A stretch of 64,000 nucleotides of DNA from Anolis carolinensis (taxonomy: Eukaryota). The notes below the pieces were generated by a model, which was not told the DNA's origin, made no database searches, and saw only the letters and a list, made by a program, of their open reading frames with translations. Made by a program: the position numbers and the translations under genes. Positions 39,136 through 49,811 of this stretch are shown here, piece by piece. How positions within the stretch are numbered: position 1 is the stretch's first letter; each line of letters begins with the position of its first letter. Where the stretch lies: NCBI RefSeq assembly GCF_035594765.1, contig NC_085843.1:264407971-264471970 (forward strand), written 5' to 3'.

Positions 39136-40257
39136 TGGCTCTATGTGCATTGATGGTGCTATATAAATGTGGTGCTGGTGATGTTGCTGATTAATCATGT
39201 CTCCAGGGCCAAATGATAAAAGCAGCAATGTAGGGTCTGCATGTACTCAAGAAATTAATACTTTCAGATGTGAGCTAATTTAATTTCAGAACCTTGGATA
39301 GCTCATTTAAAATCTGGGATGAATCAACATGGATGCTATGCAACCCTGCATGGAATTCACTAGCATCAAACCATTTAGGCCTTTAATGGTACCAACTAGT
39401 GAGATCCCCCTTAAACTAGGTCCAGATTTAGTCATATTGGTAGGAGGTACATTTGGAAAGTGTTTAGCTGTACCATTAAGGTGTATCTGTCTATTTATTT
39501 ACCCATTAATCAATCCATTCACCGTTTTTTAAAATGGAATCTAAAGGAGCCTTCAGGATCTCCCTTCCCCTCATGTAGCTGTTACTTCTAAAATATAAAT
39601 TCCAGCTTTGTTTCAATTTCCACCTTCTCAGTATCCTACAGTAAAAGGCTGATGTCTGCAGAGTGTGTGAAATACTTGAGAGCTGCATTATTATTTTAGG
39701 CTGGCAGCCTGTGGTTTATGAGAGAAAGTTTAGAATGCCAGCATTAAGAGTTATGGAACCCAAAAGACTCTGCTAAATATTGGAATTCAGAGCCAAAATT
39801 CTGTGCGTACCATGCCAGATGTAACTCCAGTGGTTATAGCTTCTATTTGTGATGGAGGAAAAATAAAAAGAATACAATAGTGAGTGTCTGAATATGACAT
39901 TATGCCCCCTGAAAATTATGACAAACCATGAAAATATTAGTGACAGGCAGCAGCAAACAGTATTCTTAGGTCAAGATCTGGGTACTTATCACTTGTTGAA
40001 TGAAATTCTTGCTCGGAGAGGTTTAGAAATGATGTAAGAATCAGGTGGATAAATTATAGTCCTCGGGGCTCCATGCAGCTTCCTAGGCTATCCATTTCTG
40101 GTCCAAATACGAAGTATAAAAGTTAAATTACATTTTCTAAGAACAACAATTCATGTTGGGACAGATTGCATGTCATATCTGAACTCCTTACCATAAACAA
40201 AGCACCCATCCCCACCCAATGACAGGTGGGCTTCCAGCCACTGCAGTTTTTTCTTTT

Positions 40258-40470
40258 GTTGGATTGAGTCTTTCAGGCTGTATGGCCATGTTCCAGGAGC
40301 TTTCTCTCCTGACGTTTCACCCACATCTGTGACAGGCATCCTCAGAGGTGTGAGGTATGTTAGATGTGGGCGAAATGTCAGGAGAGAAAGCTCCTGGAAC
40401 ATGGCCATACAGCCTGAAATACTCACAGCAACCCAATGATTCCAGCCACGGAAGCCTTCGACAATACATT
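40258..40470. mobile_element. Penelope (Poseidon-type) inverted terminal-repeat pair with hammerhead core
   Basis: 40266-40328 is the reverse complement of ~40362-40425. Minus-strand CUGAGGA...GAAAC-GUC at 40308-40348. Confidence 0.88.
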
Positions 40471-42399
40471 TTCTTTTGTTGTTTGGAAGTTTGTCTGTCC
40501 TCAGTACCATGTTTCTCAGGGGCAAAAGATTGGTCCTTTGATGCACCACAGTTGCTGGCCCTGTTTAAAAGGGAAAACATGTATTGCTTCTCTTTGATTT
40601 ACGAAGTCTGGTTTCATTTTTTCTTTCCTACATTCTAAAACATACAATCGAACAAATCATAGAGTTGGAAGAGACCATAAGAGCCATTCAGTCCAACTCC
40701 CTGCCATGCATGATCATGTCCTGCTCATTTAGACGATGCCTTTGCAGCCTAGAGGAGCAATCATAGCTCTACAGATATTATGGGACTATAACTTCCACCA
40801 TAGTGACTGAGGCTGCTAGAATTCACCAACATACAAACATATTCTACCAATGAGTCACTGTGGCTCCATTATCTGTACAAATGGTGCTGCATAGAGAATT
40901 AAGTTATCACTGCCCCCCTTCCTTCATTGTTATTATTGATTACAGCTATATATTACCTTTAGTATCAGTGACCTCATAAGACCAGCTGCTGCACAATAAT
41001 GTGGGAGAGGAATATTGATATTATGTCTTATTTGGTCTTCATTGAGACTCAAGCAAAATGGCTGGTTACACTAGGGATCAGGATATTGGAATAGATAGCC
41101 CTTTAGTTGAATACAAGAGATCTTTTGTTGTGCTGTTAACTACATATATAGAGAGCTATGTTGATATTTTGGTTAAGATACATGTGTTGCCATGAAGCAG
41201 CAATGGGTTGGACTTTAAGTAGTTAGCTGAAATCATACTTGCTCCAATTAAAAGTGATCACAGTGATCGGGGGGCTGGAAACAGACTGCTCTTGATATTG
41301 TATTCATTCATTTTTTGATGATGTCTTTTCCTAGGTCCAAGGATCTTGGAACGGTGTTCTTTCTTGAGAGGTGTAATTGGAGCTTTCTGGATTTCTTTTC
41401 AAATAGACACATCTTCAAAAAGAGAGAGGTGGGGAGGAGAGAAGGATAATACACTCTTTAGATGGTTGTAACTTCTCAAGTTATAAACACTGTTCATCTG
41501 TAATTAGAAACAGATTGGGTAGGCTGCTGGCAACCTTTCGTTCAAACAAACCACTCCAGTGTTTGCTTGCTCAAGATACTTCTATGTCTATGTAGGATCA
41601 TGGCAACAGTGCTAGATAAATCGTTTAATTAAGCATTTAACATATCACTTGTAATTATTTCCAATTAGCTCTAATGAAACAAGGACTTCACAAACAAGCA
41701 ATATAATCTGGTGATAAGGGCTACTTAATTAACGTGAAGAACATGACCAGTACTAATTGATTCATACTTTGATGATAGGGTGCTTCTTCTTCTTTCTTTT
41801 TTCTTTCTTTCTTTTTTTTTTTAAAAAAACAAACACCTGGGGCTTGCTCACATGTCACACGTATCTTTTCTTTCTTTACCCTATCGCTTTCTGCACATCA
41901 TGTCATTTGCTAAATATCTTTCCCAGCAGTGTTTCATTGCAGATGAGTTCTGGGATCTTGTACTGTCCTTCTTAATCCATATCAGTTCTCCTTGTAAACA
42001 GTAAGTATGAGTTTGCTTAAAATTAACTCTGGCAAGGCCCTATTAGTAAGATAAGATCGAAGTTAACAGTATAGCAATGGTATTTAGTAGCTTTTAAAAA
42101 CCACTGTGTTTACTGGTTTGTTATTGAATTCCCAGGCTATTTACTCAGAAATAAATCCCAATGGGTTAAATGTGGGTTGCTTTCTTAGTATGTGTTGAAA
42201 TTAATGTACTTCAGACTTTCTTGCTGGATGGGGATGATGGAAATCAGGCTCCACACTTGAGAAAAGCAGACAGCTTTCCAAGTACTGGTCCTTTGCAATA
42301 CATTAGAGGGGGTTCAGCTACTCATCCACCAAAGAATATTGTAAATGGGGGGGGGGGGTTGCATAATATATATAATCCTCCCCTCTCTATTTCTTATTT

Positions 42400-43320
42400 A
42401 TGAAAAGAAACAACAACAGATGTTGACAACATCAGAAAAGAAAGGAAGAAAAAGACAAGCAGGAGAAAAAACCCCAAAACAACTTAACTCAAAAATAGCA
42501 ACATTGTCAATTAAGCAACACAAATCTTGCTGTTAAATTAGCTCTGTCATATTTTAATTGCTTAGTTGTATTAAAAGGTGCTTATATCTGTGATGGTAGA
42601 TCTGTGATGGTAGATGATTCTTGATTGTTTATTGATGAAATCAAAGAAGACCACACTGTAGAAAACCTGTTTTGTGTGTGTGTTCCCCTCATGATAAATT
42701 CTACAAGTCCCTATTTTTAAAAGATCAACTCCACAACATGTTTTATGCTTTCTTGACCTCTACTTTATTGAGAGACATGTACTCACTATCATACATTCTC
42801 CACCAATGTGTTCTCCTTCCTCCTTCTCGGGGGGAGAGAGGGAAAACCATAAAGACAGAAAAACATCACAGGAAATATATAATATCTTTATTGGGTCAAT
42901 TAAACGCATGTGCAAAAGTGTATAGAATTTTGAAATTACTTAATCAGGCAAGATGTTATGCAAAGCAATTGATGATAGTGAAGGCATGAGCTCTGATCAG
43001 GTGTAGGTCATAATGATTTCTTGACCACTGGAGTAGCACAGTTCCAGGTTCAATGCTCTTCATGGTGAGTTTCCTCCTGTGAAAATTCTGAATATAAAGA
43101 ACGGAGATTCTCCTTCACATGAGGTATCTCGAGGTGAGCAATATTCCTGAAAAAATCAAATTCTTGTTCACGTGCTTTATTTTCACATAAGAATCCCATG
43201 TTGGAATGACAAGAGGGCTAAAGCATGAAGTGTGATGAGCAATGCCTGAATAAGGTTGTGAGATCTGCATGTTGTCCTGTGATGAAATCAGTGTTCTGCT
43301 GGTGTCCAATTGAGGCTTTT
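42400..43320 (-). mobile_element. Possible highly degenerate L1/Tx1 fragment
   Basis: Purine/A-rich tail-like segment and weak ORF2-like translation (SPLVIPTW). No diagnostic catalytic motif seen. Confidence 0.3.
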
Positions 43321-43720
43321 ATAAATGTAATAGTTTTTGGTTTCACATAGAGTATATTCACCTAGGAATTTTATGAACAAGGAAAGCAACTAGTATTCGT
43401 GGCATTCTTCTCAATCTGGAAGTTGCCCATAGCTGTGATGACTAGTAGCTTTTGATATTGTCCTCCAAAAATTTGTTTAATACCAGGTTTAAAACACTTG
43501 ACTTAGTGATCACCACTATTTCTTATGACATCTCATTGCCATGCTCTCCTTATATGTTCAGCCATTATATATTGAATTGAAAAGACAAGGTATGCAAAGC
43601 TCTTCAAACTCTCTGAATTGTAACATAACATCAAGCATCCGTATATTGTATTAGGATGTGAAATGTGTAGTTTGTTAATGATTATTGGACTCAACTTTCA
43701 TCATTGGCTATGCTAGCTAA

Positions 43721-43830
43721 GGCCCTATCTACACTGCCATATAATGCATTTGACATCATTATATGAGTGCTAGTTCAATGCAGTTAAACTTCATCATGAA
43801 GCTGCATTATATGGCAGTATAAATTGGACC
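43721..43830. mobile_element. PIF/Harbinger-like MITE
   Basis: TIR GGCCCTATCTACACTGCCATATAATGCA with a degenerate complement; TAA TSD. Confidence 0.8.
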
Positions 43831-44340
43831 TAAGGCTGATGGGAACTGCCATTCATCAAAATCCATACATTTCCCACCCCTGGTGAACTCATTGTTGAAT
43901 GCAACTAAGGGTTGAAAGATTCAACTTCTGTTAATGTGTTGGATTATTTTCACACACAGTAAATCAGCAGTTGCATCATTTTTTTCTAACCCACAACAAA
44001 ATCTATAATTTATCCCATGTGTGCACAAAAAACTTGCACTGTTGGGGACACTTAGAATGCAGGAACTTGCTGTTCACATTATTGTCATTTGTTGTCTTAC
44101 TTTTCCAGTGAGATTCAGGTGTGAGAGTTACCAAAAGCAAAACACTTTTATTACATTAACAGCAGGACCTTCAGGGACAGACACTAGGAGAATGAATTCA
44201 TTTCCCAGCTTGTGGTAAAGAATTTTTATCCTTCACTATCAAATGAGAGGAATAACAACACAAAATGGCACAAAAATCTTACTAAACCCTAAATATCAAG
44301 ACCAGCTCTGCCATGCAGTGCATGGCACCATAAAAGCTGA

Positions 44341-44489
44341 GGCCCTTTCTACACTGCCCTATATCCCAGGATTTGGTCCCAGATTATCTGTTTATCCCAG
44401 ATTATCTGGAAGTGTAGACTCATATAATGCAGTTCAAAGCAGATAATATTGGATCAGATCCTGGGATATAGGGCAGTGTAGAAGGGGCC
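44341..44489. mobile_element. PIF/Harbinger-like MITE
   Basis: ~31-bp TIR GGCCC(T/C)TTCTACACTGCCCTATATCCCAGGA; TGA TSD. Confidence 0.9.
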
Positions 44490-45255
44490 TGAGACATACT
44501 CCAGGCTGAGTATGTTACCCAGCATTGTTCAGATGTCCTCCTCTCAGGAGATTCCCTTTCCATCCTTGACTCCTGTTCTATCCATCTATCAGTCATCCTG
44601 TTTAGTGGTTTCCCCCTTGTTTCAACTTAATTGGTTTCCGGACATAAATTTGGATTATCCAATAAGACAAGAGCATTAGTAGGAAGAGATTTTATTTTGT
44701 TTTTAATGGATTTTTTTTGTTTTTATGTCTTGTGGACATTTTGTAAGCCACCCCGAGTCCCTTCGGGGAGATGGTGGTGGGGTATAAGAATAAAGTTGTT
44801 GTTGTTGTTGTTAGATGATTTTTAGCAGTGGTCATCTTTCCTCCTTAGAATGCTGTTGAATAATGTAACTATGTTTAGACTATTAGCAGCTAACCTGGCA
44901 TAATTTAGTACAATATATTAATCAAGTATGGAGACCAGTAGCATGCTAATTGATTAAAACATTATAATTTCAATGTAGGTCTCAAATGACTGATTAATAT
45001 CACAAGATTTATTATTTCCCATATTTCAAGCAACCACAGAGGGTTTTAAGCAGCAGGTGTTGATGATTGATGAAGCTCAAAGTGGTAGCTAGTTTCCTTT
45101 GGTTGCTGTCAGGTTCTGATGTCCTTTGAGACCCCTTTCAGTTCTATGTTTTTGTTTAGAAAATTCTAAGTGGAAGTTCCAGTTTTTAAAATACAAAATT
45201 AATTCTATCTACATTTTCATTGTGCTGAAGAAAACTTTTTGTTGTAATTTGCCAT

Positions 45256-45690
45256 CACCTTAGATCAACAACCTTGCTCACATCCTTAAAATTCAGGATC
45301 ATGACTTCCTTGATCGAGTTAATCCATCTTCCTCCCTTTTTACTGCCTACTATTTTACCAAGAATTGTCATGGTTTCCATTGAGTCATGTTGTTTCAGAA
45401 TGCATTTAAAATATGAAAGTTTCAGTCTAGTCATGTTGGCATCTCGTGAAAACGTGTGCTTGATTTGGTCTAGGATCCATTTGTTTTTCTGGTCGTACAT
45501 GGTAGCCATAAAACTTTTTAAACTTTTTTACTGTCTAGCTTTCACAACCATATATAGACATTAGAAGTTCTATAGCATAACTGAATCTGACTTTGGCACT
45601 AATGATATGCTATTACACTTGAGGATATTATCTAGTTCTTTTATAGCTGCCTTTCAAGGTCTTAGCCTCTTCCTGATTTCTTGATAACAA
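45256..45690 (-). mobile_element. Degenerate RTE/BovB-like LINE fragment
   Basis: NKWILDQIK...MTRLKLSYF..ILK..DSMETMTILGKIVG.KKGGRW matches the RTE C-terminus. Confidence 0.8.
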
Positions 45691-46452
45691 TGGCCAAGCA
45701 AAGATGCCAAAAATCTTTTAACAATTGAAAAAAGTGTTACTAATTCATGCTGAAACATTTTTTTTTAAAAAAAATAGAACAATATTGTAATCACAACAGA
45801 GCAGCTGCTCTGACAAGGACATCATTGTAGCTTAAACTGGGTGAAAAAATGCAATCTTTTCTGTCCCTCTTGCCAATTGGAATGCATTCTATTTTTCTAT
45901 ATTGTGTCTTGAGAGAGGCTTCTTATCAAATATTGGTTACGTATCATGGAAATCAACTGTTCTCATGCACCAAGTTCCTCTAAAGTGAAAAGGTCTACAT
46001 AATGAAATTGTTTTTATTGCATGGGAAATTACCACAATAATAGGATGTTCCCTGATGCCTCTTTTCTTGGGGATCAGAAAGTATACTGCGGATTTCGAGT
46101 CTGTTCACCACTGTTTTCCATTTATGTTGGCAGATTTTTGTTAGAATTTAAGACAGCATATTTGTAAATAAACCAATGATTGCAAAAGTCTGCTTCTGAT
46201 AGCCTGCTGTTCAAAGAAAACCCAGGCTTAACAGTGCTTCCCCAGATTTTTCACTTCAAAGAAGTATGATATAGCGTATCTTTATGATAGTCATCTAGGG
46301 TCTCTTCACATGGGACTAAATAGCCTCGTTTTGGTGCTTTGACTGGGGCTTGGCCGGGGCTTGCTGAGCTCCATCAGATGATGCTTGGCAGGCCCCACCC
46401 ACATTTCTCCCAAAGTGGAGGGAAAGCGTTAGAAGCTCACTCTCCAATGTTA

Positions 46453-46772
46453 AAGGTAAAGGTTTCCCCTGACGTTAAGTCCAGTCATGTCTGACTCTGG
46501 GGGTTGGTGCTCATCTCAATTTCTAAGCCGAAGAGCCTGTGTTGTCCGTAGACACCTCCAAGGTCATGTGGCCAGCATGACTGCATGGAGCGCCGTTACC
46601 TTCCCGCCAGAGCGGTACCTATTGATCTACTCACATTGGCATGTTTTTGAACTGCTAGGTTGGCAGAAGCTGGAGCTAACAGCGGCCGCTCACGCCGCTC
46701 CTGGGGTTTGAACCTGGGACTTTTCGGTTTCCAGCTCAGTGCTTTAACGCACTTCACCACCGGGGCTCCTGA
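46453..46772 (-). mobile_element. Sauria SINE, full length, with TSD
   Basis: Minus-strand GGAGCCCCGGTGGTGAAGTGCG head, B box GGTTCAAACCC, (ACCTTT)n tail. 11-bp TSD CTCCAATGTTA at 46442-46452 and 46773-46783. Confidence 0.95.
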
Positions 46773-46797
46773 CTCCAATGTTACATGCTATAAGAAT

Positions 46798-46799
<2 letters not shown>

Positions 46800-46841
<42 letters not shown>
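46800..46841. repeat. (TA)n microsatellite at the PLE 3' end
   Basis: Read directly from the sequence. Confidence 0.97.
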
Positions 46842-46847
<6 letters not shown>

Positions 46848-47120
46848 ACAACAACTTAAATGTAAACTCTCGTGTAGGTTTTTGCGTGTGTATTGTGGTA
46901 TGCTAGTATATAGAGTATTTTCTTTACAGTCCCAACCGGGTACTAACTTATTGTGAAACATATAAAGCAAAACACACATAAACCTCCAACTGAAAACAGT
47001 CCACAATTATGGTATATATACAATTATACAACCTTATTGAGTAACATATAAAGTAAAGCATACATCAAACTCAACGGAAAACAGTCCACAGCTGTTGTGT
47101 GTATGTAGAACAAAACTATG

Positions 47121-47183
47121 CAACAACAAGTAATCCCGGGTACACTGCCTCGTTTCGGGAAGTCCTTCTTCAGGTTGTTGTTA
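47121..47183 (-). ncRNA. Hammerhead-like motif in the Neptune 3' region (non-canonical or degenerate)
   Basis: AACAACAAC-CUGAAGA-AGGACUUCCC-GAAAC...UUGUUGUU. Core and a potential stem I are present, but I cannot place a canonical stem III/NUH site. Confidence 0.4.
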
Positions 47184-47564
47184 TTTATGTAAGGTCTTAA
47201 ATAGTCTTTTGATGTATGGTATTTTTCTTCTTACTGAGATTCTCAGGATCTTCTGCGGTATGTTGTGGATTTATTGCTGTCTCTTTAATCTTAATTACTT
47301 GCTTGGTCCTGCTTCAGTTCAAGGCTTTTCAATGTAGTCCATTTCTAAACATAAACATAGGTACATACTAATAGTAACTATGATGGTTATACCAAAATAG
47401 ATATGTATAAACACCCCATATGTTTTCCAATTCCTAATCTAGTACATAAAAGAGTTTACAAAAATACAATTGACTTACACGTCGTTACTCTTGCAGGGCT
47501 CTGTGTTTTTTCTCAAGTTGCAAGTGCCCTATGGCTTGCATGGTGAACTGAAATACTCAATTCA

Positions 47565-49811
47565 CTAAAGATAACAGGTGAAATCAATCCTATCATTCAG
47601 TCCTTTGGGGAATACAGAGTTGAATTTAAAGGTCCAGAAAGACTCCCTTTGTAGAAGAAGTCTTTTATTGTCTCCAGTGGGTTTTACCTTCTCTATCACA
47701 AAGAACTTAAAACTCTCATCAGAATGAGCTTTTTCTTGAAAATGTGTGTATAGAGTAGAGTCTGTGCATCCATTCCTGATTCTGGATTTGTGTTCTTGTA
47801 TCCGTGTTCTCAATGCCCTAGAGGTCATCCCTACATATAAAAATTTACATGGACATATAATCAAATATATGACATTTTCAGATGCACATGTAGTAAAGTG
47901 TCTTAATGTGATGTGAAGATGGAGTATGGGGTATATATCATCTTGAATTCTTAGGGATTGCTTACAACAGTTACAATGGCCACATGGATAATGTCCTTTT
48001 TTGTTTAGGCTTACTGTAGTAGTGGGAGTAATGAGATCTGCATGTATTAGAAAGTTTCTGAAATTTCTAGATCTTTTGTGGGCTACCATAGGTGGTTTTT
48101 CACAGCCCTGGATCTCGTGTATTAGATGCCAATGTCTATTGACGATATTCTTAATTTTGGATGATAGTGGTGTGAGTGTAAGTGGCCAGATGATACGATC
48201 CTTACTAGGCTTAGTTTGTTCTTGTAGTAGGACACTTCTATTGACCCTTTGAGCTCTTTTGTCTGCTGAGTCTACAATTCTTTCAGGGTATCCCCTCATC
48301 TTCAGTGCCTGTTTGAAGGGGTCTATGATAGATTCGAAGTCTTCCTGTAGGCTGGTGTTGCGTTTTAATCTTAATAGTTGATTGTATGGTAAGTTAGATT
48401 TCAAAGAGTGATGGTGGAAACTGTTAAAGTGTAATAAGGAGTTTCTATCAGTAGGTTTGGTGTAGTTTTTGACGTAAAGTCTATTTGATTTCCTGAATAC
48501 ACACACATCTAAAAAATTGATCTTATTACGGTCACATGTATCTGTAAATTTAATGTGGTCATGTATGGTATTAATCCATGTTCTAAAATGTGATGCTGCA
48601 GTATCAGACCGGAAAATTGAGAAGATGTCATCAATGTATCGTCCATAATAGATCATGTCGGGGAGATCTAGATTGTATGTGCTGTTGTAAATGAATTTTG
48701 TCTCAAGGTAGGCAACAAATAGGTTGGCAATAGCAGGAGCCAGAGAACTCCCCATGGCGACTCCACATACTTGTAAATAAAATTGTGTGCCAAATTTAAA
48801 ATAATTGTTTTCTAGAACAATGTCTAATAGATCCATCAGAAAATGTGTTGGGGGTGACAATGATGCTCTAGTGTCCAATACATCCTTAATAACCTGCCTA
48901 GCTTCCTCTAAAGGAATGCTGGTATATAATGCTGTGATGTCTAAAGTCATGAGTATAGCACCTTCAGGTATATGGAGGGATTCCACTGTGTTGATGAAAT
49001 GTCTTGTATCTTTAATATATGATTTGGTCTGGGTAACAAAAGGTTGTAAAAAATGATCTACGTATTTGGCTATGGGTTCTAGAATGGATCCTATTCCAGA
49101 TACAATGGGTCTTCCAGGAGGAGGATGGATGCCCTTATGTATTTTGGGAAGCATGTAAAAGAGTGGTGTCCTGGGAAATTGTTTTATGAGAAATTCGTGG
49201 GTTTGTATGGAGATGTAGCCTAATGCCAGTCCTTCCGAGCATACTGTTCTGATTATAGATCTGATCTTGTCCACAGGATCTTTGTTCAATGTTCGATAAA
49301 AGTGTTCATTTGTGAGCTGCCTCTCAGCTTCTTTAATGTAATCTGTGGTGTTAAGTAGTACTATTGCACCTCCTTTATCGGCTGGTTTCCACGTGTATTC
49401 AGGCATATTAGCTAATCTCTTAATGATCTCTAATTCTGTGTTGGAAATGTTGTGATGAATTCTGTTTGTAGATTTAGAGAGAATGTCAATGTCCCTAGTA
49501 ACTGCTTTCTCAAAGGCTTTAATCATAAAGTTATCAATGTTAGGGCAAAAATGACTCTTGACTCTAAAGGGGTTGTGAGGTTCGGTTTCTGTTTTATTTC
49601 CAAAAAACTGTTTTAGTCTGATGGTATGAAATAAATGAAATAGTTCAATTCTAGTTTTGAAATGATCAAATTTGGGAGTGGGGACAAAGCTTAGTCCCTT
49701 GTTAATGACAGCGGCCTCCTGTGGTGAGAGTTGGTAATCAGAGAGATTGACTACTAGGGACGTGTCTTTTTTCTGTAAGCCCTTTGAAAATGGGGTATTG
49801 GCTGTTGACTC
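47565..49811 (-). CDS. PLE reverse transcriptase / GIY-YIG endonuclease polyprotein (748 sense codons; 653 aa from the first Met at 49526)
   Basis: Upstream of the Met the frame stays open and encodes VVNLSDYQLSPQEAAVINKGLSFVPT. Downstream motifs: PADKGG, LPKIHK..PPGRPIVS, TLDITALYTSI, GVAMGS..AP, RYIDD, Neptune-like CGHCNCC linker, VIY...YVG.T.R.L..R..EH, LLQRE, GLN. Confidence 0.95.
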   Translation of the reverse strand, partial: ESTANTPFSKGLQKKDTSLVVNLSDYQLSPQEAAVINKGLSFVPTPKFDHFKTRIELFHLFHTIRLKQFFGNKTETEPHNPFRVKSHFCPNIDNFMIKAFEKAVTRDIDILSKSTNRIHHNISNTELEIIKRLANMPEYTWKPADKGGAIVLLNTTDYIKEAERQLTNEHFYRTLNKDPVDKIRSIIRTVCSEGLALGYISIQTHEFLIKQFPRTPLFYMLPKIHKGIHPPPGRPIVSGIGSILEPIAKYVDHFLQPFVTQTKSYIKDTRHFINTVESLHIPEGAILMTLDITALYTSIPLEEARQVIKDVLDTRASLSPPTHFLMDLLDIVLENNYFKFGTQFYLQVCGVAMGSSLAPAIANLFVAYLETKFIYNSTYNLDLPDMIYYGRYIDDIFSIFRSDTAASHFRTWINTIHDHIKFTDTCDRNKINFLDVCVFRKSNRLYVKNYTKPTDRNSLLHFNSFHHHSLKSNLPYNQLLRLKRNTSLQEDFESIIDPFKQALKMRGYPERIVDSADKRAQRVNRSVLLQEQTKPSKDRIIWPLTLTPLSSKIKNIVNRHWHLIHEIQGCEKPPMVAHKRSRNFRNFLIHADLITPTTTVSLNKKGHYPCGHCNCCKQSLRIQDDIYPILHLHITLRHFTTCASENVIYLIICPCKFLYVGMTSRALRTRIQEHKSRIRNGCTDSTLYTHFQEKAHSDESFKFFVIEKVKPTGDNKRLLLQRESFWTFKFNSVFPKGLNDRIDFTCYL

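Noticed and set aside
41944-42006. Possible plus-strand micro-exon (TTGCAG|ATGAG...ACA|GTAAGT)
   Set aside because: Splice-like dinucleotides only; the peptide is unrecognised and there are no supporting neighbouring exons.
46690-46770. tRNA gene (A and B boxes)
   Set aside because: It is the tRNA-derived head of a Sauria SINE and shows no complete cloverleaf.
48001-49056. Plus-strand ORFs antisense to the PLE polymerase
   Set aside because: Short antisense shadows of a real coding frame with no independent motifs.
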